From contig CP181291.1 of the NCBI GenBank assembly GCA_052279835.1, forward strand, positions 4,512,001 through 4,576,000: a DNA stretch of 64,000 nt, written 5' to 3'. This DNA comes from Microcoleus sp. GTDB taxonomy: Bacteria; Cyanobacteriota; Cyanobacteriia; Cyanobacteriales; Microcoleaceae. Under the pieces are notes generated by a model. It made no database searches, was not told the origin of the DNA, and saw only the letters and a list, made by a program, of their open reading frames with translations. Below, in pieces: positions 42,668 to 52,839 of the stretch (position 1 is the stretch's first letter; every line of letters begins with the position of its first letter). The translations under genes were made by a program, and so were the position numbers.

Positions 42668-43197
42668 ATGGATCTAACCACCTTAAATCTCAAGCCCTTA
42701 AATTTGCTAATTTTTCCTGACTGGAACCAACTAGAAGAATCACTTTATTTAGAATTAGAACTAATTATCAGGAATCTTGTCAATCATCCCGATCGCGATT
42801 TTCTCACTCTGGTAATAGATGGCAGCGAAACTTTAGAAGAATCAGAGTTAGATGCCAGTCTAATTATATCAGCAATTGTCCTGAATCTATTCATGGAAGA
42901 AGATTTAGATACTAGCTGCGAACCAGAAATTATTTTATTAGAAAACTTCAATCAAAGCCAGTGGCTGGATATTTTGCCATATATTCAATATCGAACAGTG
43001 GCACTTTATGGTTAACTGGCTGGTTGCGTTATTGTAACCATAAACAATTTGAAGTTTACTGTTACTACACGGGTAACGATCCAGATCCAGTTACAGAACA
43101 ATTTCGCCAATATAGCACAGAATTTCGCGACATTCCCCACAATCTAGAAGCCGTATGTCAACAAATTATTGATGACAAGACGATCGAGTTTGCGTGA
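42668..43197 (+). pseudogene. Deleted/frameshifted GT41 glycosyltransferase remnant
   Basis: First ORF matches the C-terminal domain of 32331-35306 (LNL..NLLIFPDW). Second frame is a GT41 fragment (SGTLWLTGWL..FEVYCY..QQIIDD). Confidence 0.7.
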
Positions 43198-43403
43198 CTG
43201 CGTTAGAGGCTTTTTATCAAGAAGTTGTTCGAGAAAAACTTAAACAGTTGACAGTGGACAGTAGACAGTAGGGGCGGTGCCCCCGTGCCCGCCCTCTTAA
43301 TTGACTGTTACCCTCGAAAATCGCCCTGAAAATTCGTCTGACGCACCCTACAAGTCTTATAATATAAGTTAGGGCGATCATAAGCAAACTCAAGGCACTC
43401 ACC

Positions 43404-44021
43404 ATGATTCAAACCATCACAGAATTAGTAACATTCGATGAATTCATTGACTGGTATCCTGAGAATTCAGAATATCACTACGAACTACATAATGGAGAAA
43501 TTATTGAAATGCCAAAAGCAACAGGCAAACATTCTAAAGTGTCCGGTTTTACAGCGCTGAAGGTAGGAATTGAGATTGAGCGTCTAAACCTACCCTACTT
43601 CATCCCCAAAGAAGCCGTCATCAAACCCATGCGCGAGGAATCTGGGTATGAACCAGATATTATTGTACTCAACGAACAAACGATTGGAAATGAGCCGCGA
43701 TGGGAAAAATCATCAATTATTACAATAGGTTCATCAGTCCCCCTAATCGTAGAGGTAACTAGCACTAATTGGGAAGATGATTATGCTCGCAAACTAGAGG
43801 CTTACGAATTAATGGGAATCCAAGAATATTGGATTATAGATTATCTAGGATTGGGTGGGAGACGGTTTATTGGTAATCCCAAACAACCTACTTTTTCGGT
43901 TTATCAACTCGTAGACGGGGAATACCAAGTTAAACTGTTCAGAAATTGCGATCGCATTGAATCCCCAATTTTCCCAGAATTGAACCTGACACCAGAACAG
44001 GTTTTCGCCAAAGGGAAATGA
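43404..44021 (+). CDS. Uma2-family endonuclease
   Basis: YELHNGEIIEMP, YEPDIIV, IVEVTSTNW, QEYWIID. Confidence 0.9.
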   Translation: MIQTITELVTFDEFIDWYPENSEYHYELHNGEIIEMPKATGKHSKVSGFTALKVGIEIERLNLPYFIPKEAVIKPMREESGYEPDIIVLNEQTIGNEPRWEKSSIITIGSSVPLIVEVTSTNWEDDYARKLEAYELMGIQEYWIIDYLGLGGRRFIGNPKQPTFSVYQLVDGEYQVKLFRNCDRIESPIFPELNLTPEQVFAKGK

Positions 44022-44121
44022 GCAGCCTGCTTCCTGTGGTGTTAGAGTAGAGTTATTTTTGAAAGATGCGATTCTCAAATCGCACAGCAAATCCCTATTC
44101 CAATCTAAAATCTCAAACCAA

Positions 44122-45285
44122 ATGAAGCTAGGACAATGGATGGGCTTATTAGCCCTGATCGCATCTTGTTACATACTTTGGCAAATCAGGCAAGCCTTAC
44201 TGCTGCTATTTGCCGCAGTCGTCTTAGCCACAGCCTTAAATAGGCTAGCACGGTACTTACAGAAATTCCGGCTCAAAAGATCGATCGCAGTCTTACTTTC
44301 AATTAGCTTCCTAGTCCTGATATTCGTAGGCTTATTTCTAATTATTGTACCACCCTTTACTCAACAGTTTCAACAACTGACCCAAAGAGCGCCTCAAGGA
44401 ATAGCCAAATTAAATGAGTGGATCGATCAGATTGAAACTCGCTTTTCTGGACAATTTGGTCAGCGGCTGCCAAATCTTGATGTTAACGACATCATGCAAC
44501 AACTACAACCTTTATTCAACCAACTCGTTGGCGGTGCAGGAGCTTTTGTCGGGAACACATTAGGAGTTATCCTCAGTTTTTTGCTAGTCCTAGTTTTGAC
44601 GTTAATGACATTAGCAGAACCTCTCTCTTATCGGAAAGCATTTATCCAACTATTTCCTTCTTTTTATCGGCGTAGAGTCGATGGCATCTTAGATGAATGC
44701 GAAATAGCTCTGGGTCGATGGGCGATCGGTGCTTTAATTAGCATGAGCGTCATCACTCTTCTGAGCTTAATTGGTTTATCAGTATTGAAAGTTCCCTTAG
44801 CCCTCGCTCACGCTGTAGTAGCCGGTTTACTGAATTTAATACCAAATATCGGGCCTGGTTTGAGCGTGATTCCTCCCATGACGATCGCACTTTTAGACTC
44901 TCCGTTAAAATCCGGTTTAGTCCTACTCCTGTACTTTCTAATTCAACAATTTGAAAGTAACCTCCTCACCCCTTACGTTATGGCACAACAAGTATCGCTA
45001 CTACCCGCTGTCACCTTAATAGCTCAAGTATTTTTCGCTACATTCTTTGGATTTTTAGGACTATTGCTTGCCCTTCCCCTCACCGTTGTCGCTCAAGTTT
45101 GGATTAGAGAAGTCTTAATTAAAGACATTCTCAACCAGTGGCAGACAAGTCCCACAAAGCTAGCAGCGATTAATTCTGCTATTGAGGAGGAATATCAATC
45201 TATAGGAGTAATACATAGTCAACCAGAAAGTCTGCCAGAACAAAAAACAGACATCCCAAACAATACAGATGATTCTGGGGTTTAA
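44122..45285 (+). CDS. AI-2E (PerM) family transporter
   Basis: LNLIPNIGP, IQQFESNLLTP, GFLGLLLALPL. Confidence 0.9.
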   Translation: MKLGQWMGLLALIASCYILWQIRQALLLLFAAVVLATALNRLARYLQKFRLKRSIAVLLSISFLVLIFVGLFLIIVPPFTQQFQQLTQRAPQGIAKLNEWIDQIETRFSGQFGQRLPNLDVNDIMQQLQPLFNQLVGGAGAFVGNTLGVILSFLLVLVLTLMTLAEPLSYRKAFIQLFPSFYRRRVDGILDECEIALGRWAIGALISMSVITLLSLIGLSVLKVPLALAHAVVAGLLNLIPNIGPGLSVIPPMTIALLDSPLKSGLVLLLYFLIQQFESNLLTPYVMAQQVSLLPAVTLIAQVFFATFFGFLGLLLALPLTVVAQVWIREVLIKDILNQWQTSPTKLAAINSAIEEEYQSIGVIHSQPESLPEQKTDIPNNTDDSGV

Positions 45286-45429
45286 ACCGCTGTCGAGAGT
45301 CAAACGAATTCTGCCGAGGCAGACTAATAAATAAAAGGAGTATTTAAGCCGGATTGGGTATTATTCCGCGCAGGCAGATTGTATGTGTGCAGCCGCGACT
45401 TCACTCGCCGAGGTAAAAAAAATAGCATT

Positions 45430-46056
45430 TTAAACCTCATCTCGTCCAGCACTAAAAATCTGTTTAACAGTCAAATTAATTTGGGGAAATGTCGGCGATA
45501 AAATCCGATCGTCTCCCCGAAACAGACTGGACTGATATTCGCCATCAACCAAATGGTGAACCAAAAAAGTAGGTTGTTTCGGATTGCCAATATAGCGTGT
45601 GCCACCTAGTCCCAAATAGTCGGCAATCCAGTATTCAGCAATGCCCAAAGCCTCATAATCAACCAATTTATAGCCGTAATCATCCCGCCAATTGGTACTG
45701 ACAACTTCGACAATTAGCCGAACAGAACTACCCATTGTAATAATAGATTGCTTTTTCCATCTCGGTTCGCCGTCCGTCCCTTGTCTGTCCAAAACAATCG
45801 CATCCGGTTCGTAACCAGATAGCTGATTATCAGCTTTAACCACGCATTCTTTGGGAACGAAGTAGGGAAGTCCCTGTCGTTTGATCTCAAAGTTGAGCTC
45901 AGCGATCAGGAAACCAGATACTTCTGAATGCTCTCCGGTGGCTTTAGGCATTTCAACAATTGCTCCATTGTGCAGTTCGTAACGGTTTTCCGAATTTTCT
46001 GGATACCAGTCAATAAATTCATCGAAACTGACTGATTTTAATATCGCTGGAGTCAT
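45430..46056 (-). CDS. Uma2-family endonuclease
   Basis: Close paralog of 43404 (FDEFIDWYPENSE, YLGLGG). Confidence 0.9.
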   Translation of the reverse strand: MTPAILKSVSFDEFIDWYPENSENRYELHNGAIVEMPKATGEHSEVSGFLIAELNFEIKRQGLPYFVPKECVVKADNQLSGYEPDAIVLDRQGTDGEPRWKKQSIITMGSSVRLIVEVVSTNWRDDYGYKLVDYEALGIAEYWIADYLGLGGTRYIGNPKQPTFLVHHLVDGEYQSSLFRGDDRILSPTFPQINLTVKQIFSAGRDEV

Positions 46057-46180
46057 GGCGATCGCCCTTTATTTGATTTATGATAATATTCTGATATTCA
46101 TTATAATATTGCTTTTATTTGAAACACCAAACCCCAGGGACAATTCACGAATCTCAAACCTAAAATATAAATAAAATTGT

Positions 46181-47359
46181 ATGATGCGAACGATCGACGA
46201 AATCAACGATAAAATCACTCAAGGCAAAGCCACAGTCTGGACCATCGAAGAACTCAAAAACCGAGTCCAAGAAACCAGCATTACCCAAGCGGCGAAAGAA
46301 GTCGATGTCATCACCACAGGCACCTTCGAGCCAATGGAATCATCAGGGGCAATTATCAACCTCGGCCACACAGATCCCCCCATAAAAATCCGCCAGTGCT
46401 GGCTAGACGGCGTTCTAGCCTACTCCGGCTTTGGTGCAGTAGACCTGTACCTAGGAGCCACCCAAGTAGCCGAAGACGGCGAAGAATCCCGCGAAAGAGG
46501 CGGCGGACACGTCATCGAAGACCTGATTGCGGGGAAACCCGTACAATTGCGCGCCCTCGGACAAGTAACAGACTGCTACCCCCGCAGCTCCTTTGAAACC
46601 ACAATTACCCGCGATACCATCAACCAGTTTTATTTATTCAATCCCCGGAACGTATATCAAAACTTTATTGTTGGTGTCAATGGGGGCGATCGACCACTAT
46701 TCACCTACCTAGGGCCCCTACAAGCAAACCTAGGCAACGCCGTCTATTCCAGCCTAGGAGCCATGTCCCCCCTGCTGAACGACCCCGACCTCGAAACCAT
46801 CGGGATTGGCACGCGCATCTTCCTAGGAGGCGCTCAGGGCTACATCACCTGGGAAGGAACCCAGCACTTCCCCCTGCAAAAACGCCAGCCCAACCGCACC
46901 CCCATCGGACCGGCGGCAACCCTAGCACTCATCGGCGATGCAAAACAGATGAACTCCAAATGGGTACGCGGGTGCTACTTCAAAAACTACGGCCCATCAA
47001 TCATGCTGGGAATCGGCATCCCATTTCCTGTCTTAAACGAAACCGTCGTTGCCCACTGTGCAGTATCAGACAAAAAAATAGTAGCGCCGGTGGTAGATTT
47101 CTCAATCCCCCGGCGCGTGCGTCCCACTTTTGGTTTAGTTAGCTATGCCCAATTAAAAACAGGTCGCATTTTGATAGAGGGCAAACCCGTGCGGACTGCC
47201 CCCCTAGCAAGTATGTTTCTGTCCCGACAAGTAGCTTTGGAATTGAAACAGCAAATTGAAACTGGTCAGTTTACTCTCACCGCACCAGTTGCTCCTCTGC
47301 CAGCAGACAGAGTATTTCTGCCACAGGATGTGTGGGGGGCGCAAGTTAGATTGGAATAG
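46181..47359 (+). CDS. Homocysteine biosynthesis protein (DUF39 family)
   Basis: RTIDEINDKI, DVITTGTFEPMESSG, IGIGTRIFLGGA, EGTQH. Confidence 0.8.
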   Translation: MMRTIDEINDKITQGKATVWTIEELKNRVQETSITQAAKEVDVITTGTFEPMESSGAIINLGHTDPPIKIRQCWLDGVLAYSGFGAVDLYLGATQVAEDGEESRERGGGHVIEDLIAGKPVQLRALGQVTDCYPRSSFETTITRDTINQFYLFNPRNVYQNFIVGVNGGDRPLFTYLGPLQANLGNAVYSSLGAMSPLLNDPDLETIGIGTRIFLGGAQGYITWEGTQHFPLQKRQPNRTPIGPAATLALIGDAKQMNSKWVRGCYFKNYGPSIMLGIGIPFPVLNETVVAHCAVSDKKIVAPVVDFSIPRRVRPTFGLVSYAQLKTGRILIEGKPVRTAPLASMFLSRQVALELKQQIETGQFTLTAPVAPLPADRVFLPQDVWGAQVRLE

Positions 47360-47397
47360 ACCAGTCCTGGACGCAGAAACAGAATTTTTGGCAGGAA

Positions 47398-48639
47398 TCA
47401 CTCCTCAACAGGCTTAGGTTTCTTCATTGGTTTAGGAAGGGGTTCCTTACGAGGAGGGGGCGCGGAGGCTGAGGGCTTGATGTTTGGACGCCCTACAGGA
47501 GTGCCATCACCAGTGGGTCTAGGAGTATATGGACGTTTATTTCCGCCGCCTCGGAAGCCTGCGGGTTTTTCGCCAGGGGGGAATTTCCGCTTTTTGATCG
47601 GCAGTGCCCCAATATTATTAGCCTGCTGAATTATGAGATTGTCAGCCTGTAACTTGACATGGAAATCCCAAAAAAACCCGATCGCCTTTGTGGCTAAATC
47701 CCCCTGAAGTTTCAACTTAAAAAACTTCATCTTGTCCTCATTCTTGCGGGGAGCTTGCTTAATTTTGACGATGACATACTTTTCTCGATCGTGAGATTGA
47801 TAGATAACCTCACCTCTAATCGAAAAATAGCCATCTTCAACATTAGGTTCAGACTCTGGGAGAGAGGGGATGGAGGATATTAAACTGCTCTCAATTTCGC
47901 CGGAAACAGGACTTTCCTCATCTGAGGAAATTTCCGAAGGTTTTTTGAGTGTTTCAGGTTCCCAGACTCCCATAATCTGGGCGTGTAAGTTACCATCTTC
48001 TTGCCTGGTGCGGGGATAGACCACCCACAGGTGTTCTTGTTCCAAATCCAAGTGATTTTTGACTAAACTCATGACTCTACCCAGCAAAACCGCGTCTATG
48101 GCAGTTCCGTCAGCAGCGATGAGCATACCCCGCGTGAAATGTTCTTCAGATTGGGTGTAGCGGCCCCGGACCAAACCAACAGCTCGGTACTGTCTGGGTT
48201 CGCTGGGGGGAGGAATCGGATGTTGGCGCATCACTGCGGGTATGTCATCGGTGGCTGAACTGTCCTGCTCAGCAGAGTCTGGTGTGACGGTGGGCGATAC
48301 AGAGACTGCTGGAGTATCGCCGGTAGATGGAGAAGGGGGTGCTGGCTCTGAGAGTGCGGGAGCATCCCTAGGTGGATCTTTTGGCTTTGCTTCCTCCTTG
48401 GGGGGAGAAGTGTAGCGTGGTCGTTGCAGAGTGTCCTTGGATGCTGGGGCATCAGTTGCCGTTGGCAGTTGATTTTGGTCAACCGGTGCTGCCAACAGCT
48501 CTGGCTGTGGACTTTCCTCTGGTGTCTCAGGAACGGAAACTGTATCTTTGGGCGGATTGACGGCCAGTTCGCGAGGCTGAGCCTTGCGAGTTGAAGTAGA
48601 TTTGGGCGATTTGGAAGAGCGGTTTGGAGAGGGGTTCAT
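47398..48639 (-). CDS. Conserved cyanobacterial hypothetical protein, Pro-rich termini
   Basis: Core PIPPPSEPRQYRAVGLVRG...LWVVYPRT; GGAG upstream of ATG 48639. Confidence 0.75.
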   Translation of the reverse strand: MNPSPNRSSKSPKSTSTRKAQPRELAVNPPKDTVSVPETPEESPQPELLAAPVDQNQLPTATDAPASKDTLQRPRYTSPPKEEAKPKDPPRDAPALSEPAPPSPSTGDTPAVSVSPTVTPDSAEQDSSATDDIPAVMRQHPIPPPSEPRQYRAVGLVRGRYTQSEEHFTRGMLIAADGTAIDAVLLGRVMSLVKNHLDLEQEHLWVVYPRTRQEDGNLHAQIMGVWEPETLKKPSEISSDEESPVSGEIESSLISSIPSLPESEPNVEDGYFSIRGEVIYQSHDREKYVIVKIKQAPRKNEDKMKFFKLKLQGDLATKAIGFFWDFHVKLQADNLIIQQANNIGALPIKKRKFPPGEKPAGFRGGGNKRPYTPRPTGDGTPVGRPNIKPSASAPPPRKEPLPKPMKKPKPVEE

Positions 48640-49210
48640 AAAAACTCCTTGCAGCGGAGACACATCCCTTGAGGGAAATTAGGAATAAACTGAAGACACT
48701 GCTTTCAAAACTACTAGCACCTTACAGGCGAGCACAGGGCTCTCTGGTCTGGTTGTGACCCGTCAACCCCAACTTTCAAGGGGTCGTAGAGTGTCGAGCG
48801 GTCCGTTGGCTGCTAAAATCCTTGTTGGTAAAGACTTTAGGAGTTGCTGACCGATCGTCAGTTCGATCGCCCTGTGGTTGGAGTTGCTGGCTAATAGCAT
48901 TTAGGATATTCAGCTTGCCTATTTTACTTAATCCAATTACCGAACGGGCTGATCCGCCATATTTTTGGTAATTTTTAGCTACACCAGACTAAATTGGACA
49001 GAGGGCGCAATCCTTGGGGCTGCGGGTCTGAGTGTCCAAAATTGTTTAGCTAGCATGAAGTTGTGGGTCTGTTACCATATTAGCTGCAAGCAAAAGATTG
49101 CTTTGTCACAGTTGGGCCCTAAAATTAAAAACCTGATGGACTTGGCTTAGGCACCAGGTGATGCCTTCAATGTCCGAAAATAGTAAATTTTAAGCTGAAC
49201 AAGTTGAATT

Positions 49211-50143
49211 ATGGATAAAACAAACAAGGGTCGTGGGTTGATTACTGTGGTGGTGGTGCTGTCCCTCATCGCTTTTTTGGGATTTTCTCTGGTCCCACTT
49301 TTGGACAGCATTCTCAAGGGAAGCCAAGCCCAAACTAGGTCAACTCCAACGCCTACTCAGACGGCTGCAAGTGGGGAAAAGCAATCAGAGTTACTGCAAG
49401 CTCAGGCGAGGGGTTACGAATTGGTTTTGCAGCGCGAGGCAGACAATGTAACTGCTTTGCGAGGCCTATTACAGGTGCGGCTGGAATTGATCGGACAAGG
49501 AGTGGGGGACATTAAAGATGTGGTGCCTCCTTTGGAAAAGTTGGCTAAGTTGAATCCTGAAACTACTGAATACGGGATTTTACTAGCTCAGGCTAAGGAA
49601 CGCACGGGCGATCGCGAAGGTGCGGCGCAGGCATACCGGGCTATTTTGGCCGCTAAGCCAGGGGAAATTAAGGCTTTGCAGGGGTTGGTGAATTTGTTGT
49701 TAGTGCAGCAGCGGCCCGAAGCTGCGATCGGACTGCTGCAAGATACGCTCAAAGCTGCTCCGGCTGCGAATCAGGCAAAACCGGAAAGTATCGATACAAC
49801 TTCGGTGCAGTTGATTTTGGGACAGGTTTATGCTGTCGGGAAGCGATTTGACGAGGCGATCGCGATTTATGACGAATCTGCCAAAGCTAATCCCAAGGAT
49901 TTTCGCCCGACTCTAGGAAAGGCGATCGTATTTAAAGAACAGGGCAAAAAAGATGAAGCAAAAACCCTATTTGCTAAGGCTACAGAGTTAGCTCCTCCTA
50001 ACTATAAAGACCAAATCAATCAGTTAGCTAGCGATACTCCCAAGCCTTCAGCACCCGCTGCTGCAACTCCCAAACCTGGGACTTCATCAACTCCTGAATC
50101 GACCGCTTCACCGAGTCCTGAAGGTTCACTACCTAAGCCTTAA
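49211..50143 (+). CDS. Membrane-anchored TPR protein
   Basis: N-terminal TM, TPR helices (FDEAIAIYD, DFRPTLGKA). Confidence 0.85.
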   Translation: MDKTNKGRGLITVVVVLSLIAFLGFSLVPLLDSILKGSQAQTRSTPTPTQTAASGEKQSELLQAQARGYELVLQREADNVTALRGLLQVRLELIGQGVGDIKDVVPPLEKLAKLNPETTEYGILLAQAKERTGDREGAAQAYRAILAAKPGEIKALQGLVNLLLVQQRPEAAIGLLQDTLKAAPAANQAKPESIDTTSVQLILGQVYAVGKRFDEAIAIYDESAKANPKDFRPTLGKAIVFKEQGKKDEAKTLFAKATELAPPNYKDQINQLASDTPKPSAPAAATPKPGTSSTPESTASPSPEGSLPKP

Positions 50144-50351
50144 GGATAGTTTTGAGTTTTGAGTGCGTGAGTTTTGAGTTCAAGAGTTTAAAATTCAAGC
50201 ACTTACTTCCTTCTTCTTACTTCTTCCTTCGTGTCCTTCGCGTCTTCGCGGTTAAATAATTCTTCTAGTCCCAACGCACTAAAACTAGAACACTCTCTCC
50301 ATCTAAAATCTAAAATCGGATTGCCAATTCGATCGAACCTGGGAGGAAATT

Positions 50352-51242
50352 ATGATTCAGAGCATTGATGGCGTTGTGCTACCTTCTGCTTTTCCAGACC
50401 ACACTCAATTACCAGAGTCGGATGGTACTTTTGTGAAAAATTTTCAGGAGCATCCACAAAGTTTAATTTTAACTGATTCGATCGGACCAATTTTGCAGGA
50501 ACGGCATCCCGATGGCCAATATGCGATCGGTCAAGACTGCGGCATTTACTGGCGAGAAACCGAGCCACCGGAAAAAGGTGCAGAAGCTCCTGATTGGTTT
50601 TACCTTCCCAATGTACCTCCTAATATTGACGGTCAAATTCGCCGTTCCTACGTGCTGTGGCGAGAACACATAGCACCGTTAATTGCGTTGGAATTTGCGA
50701 GTGGCAATGGGGATGAAGAGCGCGATCGTACTCCTTTATCGCGCACTGATGAAGGGCTAATAACGAAACCCGGCAAGTTTTGGGTGTACGAGCGGGTAAT
50801 GCGAATTCCCTATTACGGCATCTATGAAATTAACAGCGGCAGATTAGAAGTCTATCGATTGATTGATGGGTATTATCAACGGTTAGAACTAAATCAACGC
50901 GGTCATTTTCCTATTACATCTTTAGGCGTAGAATTGGGACTTTGGCAAGGCAGTTATCAAAATCAAACTATGCTTTGGCTCCGCTGGTGGGACGAGGAAG
51001 GTAATTTGCTGTTGATTGGCGATGAAAGAGCAGAATTGGAGAAATTGCGAGGGGAACAACAGCGGGAAATAGCCGAACAAGAAAGATTGCGGGCCGACAG
51101 TGCAGAGCAGGCACAACAAGCTGAATTTCAGGCAAGAAGGGATGCAATTCCCCGGTTGTTGGGAATGGGTTTGAGTGCCGAACAAGTGGCGGAGGCGTTA
51201 AGTTTATCTGTGGAGGAAGTTGCGGATGATGTTGGCGGGTGA
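50352..51242 (+). CDS. Uma2-family endonuclease with Rpn-like HTH C-terminal tail
   Basis: PDHTQLPESDG, APDWFY, LEFAS, KFWVYE; tail AIPRLLGMGLSAEQVAEALSLSVEEV. Confidence 0.9.
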   Translation: MIQSIDGVVLPSAFPDHTQLPESDGTFVKNFQEHPQSLILTDSIGPILQERHPDGQYAIGQDCGIYWRETEPPEKGAEAPDWFYLPNVPPNIDGQIRRSYVLWREHIAPLIALEFASGNGDEERDRTPLSRTDEGLITKPGKFWVYERVMRIPYYGIYEINSGRLEVYRLIDGYYQRLELNQRGHFPITSLGVELGLWQGSYQNQTMLWLRWWDEEGNLLLIGDERAELEKLRGEQQREIAEQERLRADSAEQAQQAEFQARRDAIPRLLGMGLSAEQVAEALSLSVEEVADDVGG

Positions 51243-51278
51243 GACAACGAGAGAGAAGGGGGAAAAGGGCGATCGGTA

Positions 51279-51560
51279 TTAATAGACTTCATCGTGGGAA
51301 CCCATTTTGAGCAATAAAATCGCTTCCTCTTCATCTTCAGGATCGATCGCAAACTCAAACAAAATCCGATAATCATAATCTATGGAACACGACCAGATAC
51401 CCGATAAATCTCCTGTGAGTTTGTGAGTTCGCAAGCTGGGGTTAAAGCAGTCTTAAGACAAAAGTTCTAGCGTAGCTTCAATTAAAGGGCGAATCTGAGG
51501 ATTTTTACGAACTAACTTTTTGAAAGTACGAATAGATTTGGGAGTCCAACCAATTTTCAT
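51279..51560 (-). pseudogene. RelE/YafQ-like toxin with in-frame TAA at 51453-51455
   Basis: Hand translation: MKIGWTPKSIRTFKKL...LELLS*DCFNPSLRTHKLTGDLSGIWSCSIDYDYRILF...MGSHDEVY. Confidence 0.85.
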
Positions 51561-51784
51561 CAATCATCCAACTCCGCCATAAAATCGGCTACCGAACCAA
51601 ATTTAACATTGCCCTCCGCATATTCTTGACGAACTTCTGCCACTTCCTTAAGTAATTCATTTCGTCGCTGTTGTCGCAGACGATTCTGAAGAATATCTAG
51701 AAGCATGGCTTGATCTTCTAATGATAAAACTTCTACAGCTTCAAGAGCTTGCTGGAATTGAGATGTCTGTGTTGTTTTGCTCAT
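51560..51784 (-). CDS. Putative antitoxin of the adjacent RelE-like toxin
   Basis: 74 aa, acidic C-terminus (GSVADFMAELDD), TGATG overlap with the toxin. Confidence 0.75.
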   Translation of the reverse strand: MSKTTQTSQFQQALEAVEVLSLEDQAMLLDILQNRLRQQRRNELLKEVAEVRQEYAEGNVKFGSVADFMAELDD

Positions 51785-52013
51785 ATATTATATTTAACTG
51801 TATGATACCGGATAAAAGCAGTATAACACTGCCAAGTTTGCAGTCATCCCCCAGAGTTGAATAAACAGCAAATTCAGTAGATTGTGTTTACTCTTCTGAC
51901 CACGAGATAGGTTGTCCATCGTGTTGATAAGAATAATCTTCTGGCGACGGATCTCCGTCCCAAGGAGGTGCTTTTGCTTACCTCTGGTATTGGTTGCAAT
52001 TTTTATTTCTGAT

Positions 52014-52124
52014 AGTCCTGGACGCATGGAACCCAGAAACCGGGTTTTTTTACAAAAATACTTCGTTGCAGCCCGCACCCAAGGTAAAAAACCCGGTTTC
52101 TTTTGTCCGAGTGCGTCCAGGACT
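52014..52124. mobile_element. MITE-like element
   Basis: agtcctggacgca...tgcgtccaggact TIR; internal agaaaccgggtttttt/aaaaaacccggtttct; end-fragment at ~47363. Confidence 0.75.
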
Positions 52125-52222
52125 GTTTGAAAAACGTTCGGCTTTGACAGCTAGCAAAATATGGTTGAGCATATCTATGCTTGGCGAACCTGTAGTTGTC
52201 AATTAGTAAGGTGCGAACTGCC

Positions 52223-52311
52223 CAAGAAGGGATGCTATTCCCCGATTGTTGGGAATGGGTTTGAGTGTCGAACAAGTGGCGGTGGCGTTAATTTTATCTG
52301 TGGAGGAAGTT
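52223..52311 (+). repeat. Orphan copy of the 3' tail of Uma2 gene 50352 (51133-51221)
   Basis: 89 bp, 5 mismatches, frame open to TGA at ~52332. Confidence 0.92.
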
Positions 52312-52399
52312 AGCCACAATTATCACGGCTGAGATAGTTTTATCGGGATAAAGTTAACTTCAAATTCTCGAAGATTCTCAAATTTCAACTGTCTGCTTC

Positions 52400-52720
52400 T
52401 CAGCTTTTGGAAGAAGTAATAGCAAGTGCCACATCCTCGCGAGTTGCTCCCAGCGCTAGCATTGTCCTTACCATCAAATCAAGAGAAACAGACGGATCGC
52501 CAGCTTCTATTTTAGCTACCCGTGACTGACTAGATTTAATTTTCTTAGCCAAACTTTCTTGAGAAAGATTTTGACTAAGGCGAAGCTGCTTCAAGCGTTT
52601 AATTAGAGACAGCTTCATCTCAATAAAAGCAATTTCTTCGGCTGAAAGTTCTAGAAAGTCTGCGGCATCTCCCACCCGCCAACCTGCTGCTTCTAAACGT
52701 TGACGTTTAATGGCATCCAT
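52400..52720 (-). CDS. XRE-family HTH antitoxin (HigA-like)
   Basis: LSQESLAKKIKSSQSRVAKIEAG. Confidence 0.88.
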   Translation of the reverse strand: MDAIKRQRLEAAGWRVGDAADFLELSAEEIAFIEMKLSLIKRLKQLRLSQNLSQESLAKKIKSSQSRVAKIEAGDPSVSLDLMVRTMLALGATREDVALAITSSKS

Positions 52721-52839
52721 TGTAATTATTACCTCTTTTTTAAATTATATGAATTGCACAGAGCAAGGATTGTGAATGGTGAATTGTCTCTCAATTTGTA
52801 AGGTGGGCATTGCCCACCCTAAAGGAAGTCCTGAAATAA

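Noticed and set aside
46181..47359. DUF39 gene as a recent transfer from anaerobes/archaea
   Set aside because: The family is common in cyanobacteria and there are no mobility signs at this gene.
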